Notes: generated by a model from the sequence alone, not told the origin. Positions 17,619 through 26,820 are shown, counted from the stretch's first letter. The stretch: 27,269 bases of DNA from an uncultured archaeon (GCA_964480435.1 CAYZSS010000011.1:1524-28792), one strand, 5' to 3'. Numbers and translations: made by a program.

Positions 17619-18845
17619 ATGCGAGAACATATTTCTAAATTTTCACTGTTTTTAGCTGTTATTTCATCGGTAATAGGGCTTGGGCTTATTTGGAGATTTC
17701 CTTACTTGATGGGGGGTAGTGGTGGCTCTGCATTTTTATTTTTGTATTTGTTTGCAGTAATTGTTCTTGGGGTACCGTTAATATTTTTTGAACTTTATTT
17801 GGGCCAAAAGTATAAAACTACTATTATTTGTTTGTTTAGAGAAAAACTAAAGAAGAAATGGTCTGTGATTGTGCCTGGTTTTTTGTTACTAGTTTCTTTT
17901 GGTATTTTGACCTATTATTCTGTTGTAACTTCTTGGACATTGGGTTATGCAATTATGTTACCCTTCGGATATCATACTTTTAGTTCTTATCTTGGAAGTT
18001 CATTAATGTATATTGCTTTTTTCCTAACTTTATTTTTGCTTTACTTTGTAGTGAGGCTTGGATTAAATAAAGGAATAGACAAACTTAACAAAATCGCTGC
18101 TACTTTTTTTGTAATATTTTTAATTGTTCTGTTGTTCTTTGCAATAAAATCCCTTGGCTTTATAACAGCAATAAAATATTTTTTTAATTTTGATTATTCT
18201 CTAATTAATTTTAACACAATTGTAATGGCTTTTGGTCATGCTTTGTTTTCTTTGTCTTTGGGGTTGGGAATACTTTTAACTTTTTCAAGTTATTCTGATA
18301 AGGAGAACCTTAATCCAACAATTTATGGTGTTGTTATAATTAATATACTTGTATCTCTTATAATTGGGGTAATAATATACGCATTTTTATTTTCTTTTGG
18401 GTTAAGTGAAACGGTAGGCCCTAGCCTGATTTTTAATGTGCTGCCTCTGGTTTTTCAAAATTATCTTTTATTTGGTTGTTTGTTTTTTGTTCTTGTTTTT
18501 TTAGCGGGTTTTACTTCTGTGATTTCTTTATTTGAACTAATAATCTCTTCACTTGTGGACTATTTTAAAATAAAAAGAAAAAAAATAGACTTGTTTTTTA
18601 TCTGTCTTCTGGCATTATTCTCTTTGATTCCTTTGCTTTGTCCTGATTCTATAGAAACATTGGATGCTATCTTTGGTTCCTACTTAACTATTTTTGGGGC
18701 TTTTTTATTTTTGCTTTCTTTTTTGTTGTTTGCTAAATGGTTTTCGCCAGTAAAAAACAGATTATATAAGATTTACTATATATTATTGTATGTAGATTTA
18801 GTAATTTTACTAATTTTGTTAATTATTTCAATTTTTATTTGGTGA
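17619..18845 (+). CDS. Sodium:neurotransmitter symporter (SNF/NSS, LeuT-fold) family transporter
   Basis: TM1 signature GLGLIWRFPYLMGGSGGSAFLFLYLFAVIVLGVPLIFFELYLGQ; multi-pass hydrophobic protein. Confidence 0.85.
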   Translation: MREHISKFSLFLAVISSVIGLGLIWRFPYLMGGSGGSAFLFLYLFAVIVLGVPLIFFELYLGQKYKTTIICLFREKLKKKWSVIVPGFLLLVSFGILTYYSVVTSWTLGYAIMLPFGYHTFSSYLGSSLMYIAFFLTLFLLYFVVRLGLNKGIDKLNKIAATFFVIFLIVLLFFAIKSLGFITAIKYFFNFDYSLINFNTIVMAFGHALFSLSLGLGILLTFSSYSDKENLNPTIYGVVIINILVSLIIGVIIYAFLFSFGLSETVGPSLIFNVLPLVFQNYLLFGCLFFVLVFLAGFTSVISLFELIISSLVDYFKIKRKKIDLFFICLLALFSLIPLLCPDSIETLDAIFGSYLTIFGAFLFLLSFLLFAKWFSPVKNRLYKIYYILLYVDLVILLILLIISIFIW

Positions 18846-18850
18846 CATTA

Positions 18851-19909
18851 ATGCAAAACATTTTGGGGAGAGTATTGGCAGAAGAACTTTATGGTCTTAG
18901 TGCCCTTCTTAGTTCAAAATATGAAACCAATCTTAGCAGGGTTATTGAATTAATTTTTTCTACAATTAAAGATGTAGATTATGTGGGGATATATCTTCTT
19001 GATAAAGATGTTTTAATTAATTTAGCAAGTGAGTCAGTATCAAAAAAAGAAAAGGAAGAGGATGAGGATATTGATCTTAATCAAATTAATCCCGAAGTAT
19101 ATTATATTACAAAAGCAATAACAAAAAAATTGTTTATCTCATTTTATCCGGAAAAAGATAAGAATATTGCATATTACTATGATTTTGTACCGTATAATTT
19201 TGCATATTCAAAAAAAATTAAAGATAAAAAGTTTGAACAAAGCACAATGTTTATTCCTCTTATTTTTAATAGCTCTGTGATTGGTTTGATAAAAATTTCA
19301 GGGAAAGATTTGCTCCTTAATAAATTATCTAAAAAAACAAAAACAACTGATTCAATCTTATCTACTGCAATATATTTAGCATCTATTTCTAGGTTTTTGG
19401 CTTCAATTTTAGATAAACAATTGGACCCACTAACAAAGGTATCTAACCGTAGGTCTTTTGAAATTGCTTTTAGTGATAGAGTAGAAGAATATAATAAAAA
19501 AAAGGCTCCATTTTCATTGCTGATTCTAGATATTGATTTTTTTAAGAAAGTAAATGATACGCATGGCCATCTTGCTGGAGACAATGTTTTAAGAAAGCTT
19601 TCAAGTATTCTTTTGGAAAATCTACGCTCGTCCACTGGTAAAAACTTGGATCTTATTTGCAGGTGGGGTGGAGAAGAATTTATTATTCTTCTGGGTAGCT
19701 CTGATTTAGAAGCAGCAAAAGTATTTGCTGAGCGCCTGCGTAAATCTGTAGAAAATGCTGAATTCTCTACAGGAAAAATAACAATTAGTGTTGGAGTGGT
19801 GGGGGCAAAAGAACTTAGTGAAGTAACTCCGGACTTAATGGTTTCTCTTGCAGACGAAAGATTGTATAAAGCGAAAGATGCAGGACGAAATAGAATTGTT
19901 GCAAAATAA
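18851..19909 (+). CDS. GGDEF-domain diguanylate cyclase with an uncharacterised N-terminal region
   Basis: DPLTKVSNRRSF, LDIDFFKKVNDTHGHLAGDNVL and RWGGEEF (19667-19681), followed by LYKAKDAGRNR. The ATG lies 6 nt after the transporter stop. Confidence 0.9.
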   Translation: MQNILGRVLAEELYGLSALLSSKYETNLSRVIELIFSTIKDVDYVGIYLLDKDVLINLASESVSKKEKEEDEDIDLNQINPEVYYITKAITKKLFISFYPEKDKNIAYYYDFVPYNFAYSKKIKDKKFEQSTMFIPLIFNSSVIGLIKISGKDLLLNKLSKKTKTTDSILSTAIYLASISRFLASILDKQLDPLTKVSNRRSFEIAFSDRVEEYNKKKAPFSLLILDIDFFKKVNDTHGHLAGDNVLRKLSSILLENLRSSTGKNLDLICRWGGEEFIILLGSSDLEAAKVFAERLRKSVENAEFSTGKITISVGVVGAKELSEVTPDLMVSLADERLYKAKDAGRNRIVAK

Positions 19910-20031
19910 TTTTTAAATTCCTTTTTTTATTTAAATAAAAAATAAACTATATATATTTGTTATTTAGATATATATTTTAGTTATTATATATAGTGGGACA
20001 CAATAACCAGATCTAATTAAAAAAAGCAGAA

Positions 20032-20043
20032 AACCTTTATAAA
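20032..20043 (+). promoter_or_regulatory. rRNA operon promoter (BRE/TATA) AACCTTTATAAA
   Basis: Strong TATA about 230 nt upstream of the 16S gene. The identical 12-mer recurs at 26106-26117. A second TATA-rich stretch plus ATTATATATAGTGGG at 19983-19997 may be an upstream tandem promoter. Confidence 0.55.
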
Positions 20044-20168
20044 TGTTTGCCATATAAAGATATTTTATAAAAAATTAACATAGCAAAATGTTTTGCTGTG
20101 ACTTTTTTGTGGGTTTTCTCAATTTTTGAGAACCATAACATGATTACCTAAGATTTTTTAGGTAGGAT

Positions 20169-20180
20169 GTAGGTTGTTAT
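20169..20180 (+). other. 5' strand of the 16S processing helix (pairs with 21778-21789)
   Basis: GTAGGTTGTTAT is perfectly complementary to ATAACAACCTAC, which directly abuts the tRNA-Ala 5' end. Confidence 0.6.
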
Positions 20181-20267
20181 TAAGAACGATGCAAGATACA
20201 AAATCAATATCTGTGTAAGATAATAATAAAGCCAATTCTTGAAAATAATAATTGCGACTAATTTTAG

Positions 20268-21751
<1,484 letters not shown>

Positions 21752-21789
21752 TCTGAAAAAATATCTTGTTGTTTATTATAACAACCTAC

Positions 21790-21966
21790 GGGCTCATAGC
21801 TCAATTGGGAGAGCGCTGCCCTTGCATCATTATAGGATTAGGGGGATGGTTTGCAAGGATAAGGGTTATCAAGCGAAAGCGAAGATAGCCTAAGTTTTGG
21901 CAGACCGTGCCTTTTTCTAAAAGGCTGGTAAGGCAGAGGCTGCGGGTTCAATTCCCGCTGAGTCCA
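21790..21966 (+). tRNA. tRNA-Ala(UGC) with a 104-nt intron at the canonical 37/38 position; CCA not encoded
   Basis: Acceptor GGGCTCA/TGAGTCC with the G3:U70 Ala identity pair. D arm GCTC-AATTGGGA-GAGC, anticodon stem CTGCC/GGCAG, loop CTTGCA|intron|A, T arm GCGGG-TTCAATT-CCCGC. Confidence 0.9.
21827..21930 (+). other. tRNA-Ala intron (104 nt)
   Basis: It is bounded by anticodon-loop nt 37 and 38. It contains TGCAAGG complementary to the anticodon region CCTTGCA, a GCGAAAGC tetraloop hairpin, and the GCCTTTTTCTAAAAGGC hairpin (21909-21925). Confidence 0.75.
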
Positions 21967-22085
21967 TTGATGCTTTAATTTATTAAGGCATAAAATGGAC
22001 TTTCTTTAGCGAGCTATGTTTGTTAGAATAAGATTTTTTATTCTAGCGTAACTAGTGATATTCTTAATATATAATATCACATAGA

Positions 22086-22106
22086 GTTAGCATAGGTAAG
22101 TAAGTG
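22086..22106 (+). other. 5' strand of the 23S processing helix (21/21 complementary to 25807-25827)
   Basis: GTTAGCATAGGTAAGTAAGTG pairs with CACTTACTTACCTATGCTAAC. Confidence 0.75.
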
Positions 22107-24067
22107 TTAAGAAAACCCTAGTAAGCCGTCTGGTGGATGACTAGGTTCGAGAGCCGAAGAAGGGCGTGGCAAGCTGCGAAAAGTTCTGGCGAGGTGCATG
22201 CGACCTTTGAACCGGAAATACCCGAATTACTCCGAAAGGAGAGGACACGCAGGGAATTGAAGCATCTTAGTACCTGCAGGAAAAGAAAGCAAACGCGATG
22301 CCCCTAGTACTGGCGAAGGAAAAGGGCAGAAGACAAACTGAATCCCTGTAAGAAATTATAGGGAGATGTGGTGAGGTCTGGTTAGGGTCCTATTTTCTTA
22401 AGATGAAGACTTCTGGAAAGAAGCGCCAAAGAGGGTGATAGCCCCGTAATTATAAAGAAAAAGGATCTGACAGATACCGCGAGTAATACGCATTGGCATT
22501 TGCGTATGAACACGGGGGTGACCAACCCCTAATCTTAAACATTCTCTCGAGACCGATAGCGAACGAGTACCGTGAGGGAAAGTTGAAAAGTACCCTTGGC
22601 AGGGAGTTAAAAGCACCTGAAATCAGACGGTAATAGGCGGACATGGCATGAAAGGTGGAGGACTGAAGGAAACGAAGTCCTCTGTACAGTGTTGTGTCGT
22701 CCGTCACGAAGCACGGGCCAGGGAATTTATATTTGTGGCGAGCTTAAGAGGTTAAACCTCGTAGGCGTAGGGAAACCAAGTTGCCGCAACTTTTGTGAGG
22801 GCAAGGATGCTAATCCGTCTTTAGTCACAGGTATCAGACCTGAAGCCAAGTGATTTACTCCTGGGCAGGATGAAACCCTTTTTCAAAGGGGTGGAGGTCC
22901 GATTCCAGTACTAGACTAACTGTTTGGGTGACCTGGGAGTGGGAGCGATAAACTATGCGAACTTGGTAATAGCAGGCTCCATCTGAAATAGCTCTAAGGC
23001 TAGCTTGACTTGAGATTAATTGGTGGGTAGAGCACTGATCAAAAAGTATTGGGGAGAAATCCTCGGCTTTTTTGTTAAACTTCGAATCGCCAATTGTCGA
23101 AGAAAGTTGGAGTAGGGATCCGGGGGGTAAGCTTCCGGTCCGAAAGGGGAACAACCCTGCGCAAGGTTAAGGTCCCAAAGTATCTGCTAAGTGTAAATAA
23201 AGAGCGTCGTAATTCAAAAACAGAGGGGATGTAAGCTCAGAAGTAGCTATCATTTAAAGAGTGTGTAACAACTCACCTTCCTAGAATTATGGCATCAACA
23301 ATATACGGGGCTAAAGCAGATCACCGATACCTTGCAGATTGTACTGTGTACAAGATCTGGTAAGATGGTGTCCATATAGGGCAGAAGTAAGGGCGTGAGT
23401 TCTTATGGACCTGTATGGAATATGGATCCTGGTGGTAGTAATAGCTATGAGAGGTGAGAACCCTCTCCGTCGAAAGGGCTAGGGTTCCTTAGCACTGATC
23501 ATCAGCTAAGGGTTAGTCGGTCCTAACTCCTACCGTAAACCGAGTAGGAGGACAGGGAAACAGGTTCATATTCCTGTACTTAATAGATACGATTTGGTAA
23601 CAATTGACTATCTTTTGACCCATTGGGCTAGGGGGCGTATTCTACTCAGAATATCTAAACCTACTATGAGCTTGGAGAGTTGTAATGACGAGAAGAGCTT
23701 TAAGAGGTAACAGGGCGAAAGCTGCTCTCAAGGCCTGGTGGCCATGAAAAGAAAGATAGTAAGGACTCTATTAAACCGTACCGAGAACCGGGAAAGGTGC
23801 CCCTGGCTGAGAAGGCCAAGACGTATCGGGAGAATCTAATTAAGGGAATTCGGCAAACTAGCTCTGTATCTTTGGTATAAGGAGTGCCTGTTGTTGCGTA
23901 AACAGCAGGTATCATTAACAAGGAGGGCTCGACTGTTTATCAAAAACATAGATCCCTGCGAGTCCGTAAGGATTAGTATAGGGGTCGACTTCTGCTCACT
24001 GCTAGTACGTGAAAACCCTTTTCAAGGGGTCTAAGCGCTAGTAAAGAGCGGGCCTAACTCTGAGGCT

Positions 24068-24797
24068 CAACTAAATAATTATTTGAGAGTTTGGTCTATA
24101 GAAGGTTTGATAAAGTATTACGTTAGCTAAGGGTCTCATTAAACTTAGCTATATGCTGGAAGCCCAAAGCAAAGAACTACTGAGTAAGTGAAAATGTTCA
24201 ATGCGATGAGGGTAATCAGCAGGGAAGCGTGGTGTATATGATTGAAAACTACTATAAAAAAAGAAAACGCTTTTACGATTATGTTGCAGGATTTATTGAT
24301 GGTGAAGCTTCTTTTACAATAAGTGTAAAAAAAGAACCAACAACTAGATTTGGTTATGCTATTGATCCTGAATTTAAGGTTTCGCAATTAAAAAGCAAAA
24401 TAAAAGTTTTAGAATTTGTAAAACAAGCAATTGGTTGTGGAACTATTACTGAAAAATCAGGACAAGAAAATATGGCTGTTCTTGTTGTAAAAAATAGAAA
24501 GCTTATTATTGAAAAGGTAATACCTTTTTTTAGAAAACATAAGCTGATTGTAAAGGAAGAAGAGTTTAATAGATTTGCAAAGGTTGTATTTGCGTTAGAA
24601 AATAAAACACATCAAACTGAAAAAGGATTCATAGAAATTTTGAAATTAGTTTTTCAAGGATTTTCAGATGAAAACAGAAAATATAAGTTTGAGGAAATAG
24701 TAACAACTATGAAACGCCCCTCAGAGACTATACGCTAAGAACCAAAAAATGGTTAAGATATAGTCCAATCCTAGTAGTAATACTAGAAAAATAAAAG
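24068..24797 (+). mobile_element. Group I intron in 23S rRNA (H69/H71 junction, E. coli about 1923-1925), carrying a homing endonuclease gene
   Basis: The exons rejoin as TAACTCTGAGGCT|CTTAAGGTAGCG. The 5' exon ends in U and the intron ends in G. Elements: P TGCTGGAAG 24154-24162, Q AATCAGCAGG 24214-24223, R TCAGAGACTATA 24721-24732, S AAGATATAGTCC 24755-24766, P8 ACCA-aaaaa-TGGT 24741-24753, P9 CTAGTA-gtaa-TACTAG 24771-24786. The boundary has a 1-nt ambiguity (C at 24068 or 24798). Confidence 0.85.
24238..24738 (+). CDS. LAGLIDADG homing endonuclease, single-motif (homodimer-type)
   Basis: One LAGLIDADG motif, YVAGFIDGEASF; about 166 aa from ATG 24238 (the track ORF starts at GTG 24229). 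It lies between intron elements Q and R, and its last codons overlap R. Confidence 0.9.
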   Translation: MIENYYKKRKRFYDYVAGFIDGEASFTISVKKEPTTRFGYAIDPEFKVSQLKSKIKVLEFVKQAIGCGTITEKSGQENMAVLVVKNRKLIIEKVIPFFRKHKLIVKEEEFNRFAKVVFALENKTHQTEKGFIEILKLVFQGFSDENRKYKFEEIVTTMKRPSETIR

Positions 24798-26105
24798 CTT
24801 AAGGTAGCGTAATACCTTGTCGGTTTAATGCCGACTTGCATCAATGGAGTAACGAAGTCCTCGCTGTCCCTAATTAGAACCCGACGAAACAACTGCGTGG
24901 TGAATATGCCACGGAGTCCCAATGGGAGGTGAAGTCCCCATGGAACTTTACCACAATCTGTTGCTGTTTTAGAATTTTCGATGTGAAGCGTAGTTAGGAG
25001 TCTTCGAAGCAATTTCGTCAGGAATTGTGGAGACAAAAAATGGGACACTAACCTTCGAAAATTCTAAGACTCACCCTGAAAAGGGGACACCTGCAGAGTC
25101 GGTGGTTTGGCTGGGGCGGTACTCCCCTGAAAAGGTATCAGGGGAACCCAAAGGTCTGCTCAGGGGTGTTGGAAACATCCTGTCGAGTGCAAAAGCAAAA
25201 GCAGGCTTGACTGTGTTCCGCAAAGCAAGGAATGCAGATTCGAAAGAAGGGTTTAGTGATCGTCAGTACTACTTTGGTGGTAGTCTGGTCTGATAGTGAA
25301 GCTATCCTGGGGGTAACTGGGTTGTCGCGGGCAAGAGTACATATCGACCCCGCGGTTTGCTACCTCGTTGTCGGCTCATGGCATCCTGGCTGTGCATAAG
25401 CAGCCAAGGGTGGAGGGGTTAACTCATTAAAGCCGTACGTGAGCTGGGTTAAGAACGGTGCGAGCCAGTTTGTTTACTATCTGTTGGGACTGTCAATGGT
25501 CTGAAAGGAAGATCTTTCTAGTACGAAAGGAACAAAAGGTCGCGGCCTCTAGTGTACCAGTTGTCCGAGTGGGCAGCGCTGGGTAGCCACGCCGTAGAGG
25601 ATAAAAGCTGAAAGCATCTAAGCTTGAAGCCTTCCTTGAAAATAGACCGTTACTGTATCTTAGGATACACGAAAGCGCCGGTAGAAGACCGGTTTGATAG
25701 GCTGGAAATGTAAGTATCGAGCTTCGGCGAGATATTCAGTTGACCAGTACTAATTGCTTGAGAGGGTAACTTAATAAAATTAAAAAAATCATTCTTTTAG
25801 AATGGTCACTTACTTACCTATGCTAACCTATATTAAGCCTACGGGGTCGAATTACCCCGGAAAATTGTATTACCAAGGTAATACTGGTGCTCCGCACAAG
25901 TCTTATTATAGGAATTGCATTTTTACTTTCCTAATATAAAAATCGCATTTTTTATATTCTGAAATAATTTTGCAGTACACAAGCATACAAAATTACTTTC
26001 TTAATAATAGTCTGTTCAAATTTATGTTATCTCTTTTGAATTGATTTACTGCTTTGCCGTGTTTTCCCTGGGCTTTTTTAAAAAGGCTATTCTACATAAA
26101 AAAGT

Positions 26106-26117
26106 AACCTTTATAAA
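26106..26117 (+). promoter_or_regulatory. Promoter AACCTTTATAAA, identical to the rRNA promoter 12-mer
   Basis: Exact 12-mer match to 20032-20043. The TATA centre lies about 27 nt upstream of 26141. The downstream ATTATATTAGTGGG resembles 19983-19997. Confidence 0.5.
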
Positions 26118-26140
26118 CTTATATTTAGTATATTATATTA

Positions 26141-26349
26141 GTGGGTAACCTTAAATCCTGCTTGCGTGGGATTTGCAGTGAATTAGGTGAGGGTGTGCAT
26201 TTGCGCGTTTCTGACTTCGGTCATGTTGTTTGCCTTATGTTGAGACGGATTTTATCCTTCGTTCTCTGCGCGGTTGAGTTTCCTGGAATATATTCCCGTA
26301 GTCTCAGATATTCTTGTGTCCTCCGCTTTTATCCACTACTGATTTTTTG
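26141..26349 (+). ncRNA. Candidate structured ncRNA of unknown class (about 209 nt)
   Basis: Hand count gives about 46% GC between AT-rich flanks. An rRNA-like promoter sits upstream and a T6 run at 26343-26348. The 5' GTGGGTAA can pair with TTATCCAC (26329-26336). Nested hairpins include TGAC-TTCG-GTCA. Confidence 0.45.
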
Positions 26350-26461
26350 AAATTCATTCACTTTTTCTTTCCTCTTATGTCTACATAAAACTGTGTGATT
26401 TCTCTCGCAAAAATCTACATAATACTGCCTAATTTATATAGTTTGGTTTTGTATTTCTATT

Positions 26462-26635
26462 ATGGCTAAAAAGGTAGTTCCAAATACAAAACATTTAGTG
26501 GAATACTACGATTTGTTAGCAGACGATTATAACTCAAGATGGGTAAACTTTGTAGATAACCAGTATAAAGTAGTAAAACCATTTGCAGAAAAAGTGCATT
26601 CTCAATTTGGGAAAGGTGCATCTCGCTGCGGATGA
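26462..26635 (+). CDS. Small orphan ORF (57 aa), possibly leaderless; might be a truncated methyltransferase N-terminus
   Basis: MAKKVVPNTKHLVEYYDLLADDYNSRW... The TATA AATTTATATA is centred about 26 nt upstream of the ATG. It is not in the ORF track because it is under 60 aa. Confidence 0.35.
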   Translation: MAKKVVPNTKHLVEYYDLLADDYNSRWVNFVDNQYKVVKPFAEKVHSQFGKGASRCG

Positions 26636-26820
26636 AAGAGGCAGGCGAAAAAGAGGTCATGGATAAAACTAATAACCTGAACAGTTCGATTGAACAAACC
26701 TGAGCCTTTCGGAACAGTCCCCGAACTCCTGTTTGACAAGAAACAACTTGCTTGGCCCATCAGAATGGTAATGATATATTGGCATTGTATCTCTATCTTG
26801 TCATAAGCAGGAGGTGTGTT

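Larger units (their letters stand above)
22108..25775 (+). rRNA. rrl: 23S rRNA interrupted by one 730-nt intron (mature length about 2.94 kb)
   Basis: Conserved blocks include GCCGAAGAAGGGCG, GACTGTTTATCAAAAACATAG, CTTAAGGTAGCG, GTACGTGAGCTGGGTT and CTGAAAGCATCTAAG. Ends are approximate, about +/-30 nt, and lie inside the processing helix. Confidence 0.93.

Noticed and set aside
340-19635. Antisense or overlapping track ORFs inside annotated genes. Examples: 340-657, 1368-1835, 1778-2089, 3427-3639, 4319-4967, 5200-5394, 6372-6575, 7571-7953, 8702-9292, 10652-10999, 11936-12157, 12858-14870, 16138-16916, 17287-17556 and 19177-19635.
   Set aside because: They are low-complexity Ile/Phe/Ser/Leu-rich shadows typical of AT-rich DNA. 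Each is fully explained by a recognisable gene on the other strand or in another frame.
21827-21930. tRNA-Ala intron as host of a C/D-box guide RNA, as in some tRNA-Trp introns.
   Set aside because: The intron contains no RUGAUGA or CUGA boxes.
24068-24797. Reading the 23S insertion as a standard archaeal bulge-helix-bulge intron.
   Set aside because: I could not form a 3-4-3 BHB across the junctions. The insert shows group I P/Q/R/S elements, a 5' exon ending in U and a terminal G.
25842-25884. A T-arm-like hairpin CGGGG-TCGAATTA-CCCCG and the GTATTACC-aa-GGTAATAC palindrome, considered as a tRNA fragment or split-tRNA half.
   Set aside because: The loop is 8 nt rather than the TTCRANY 7-mer. 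No acceptor, anticodon or D-arm partners lie nearby. These are most likely rRNA trailer or terminator structure.
25828-26140. 5S rRNA expected downstream of the 23S gene.
   Set aside because: The stretch is about 28% GC, with only AT hairpins and none of the conserved 5S helices or loops.
26141-26350. 69-aa ORF (MGNLKSCLRGICSELGEG...).
   Set aside because: It has a GTG start and Cys/Arg/Leu-rich composition with no motif. The region is better explained as a structured RNA with its own promoter and T-run.
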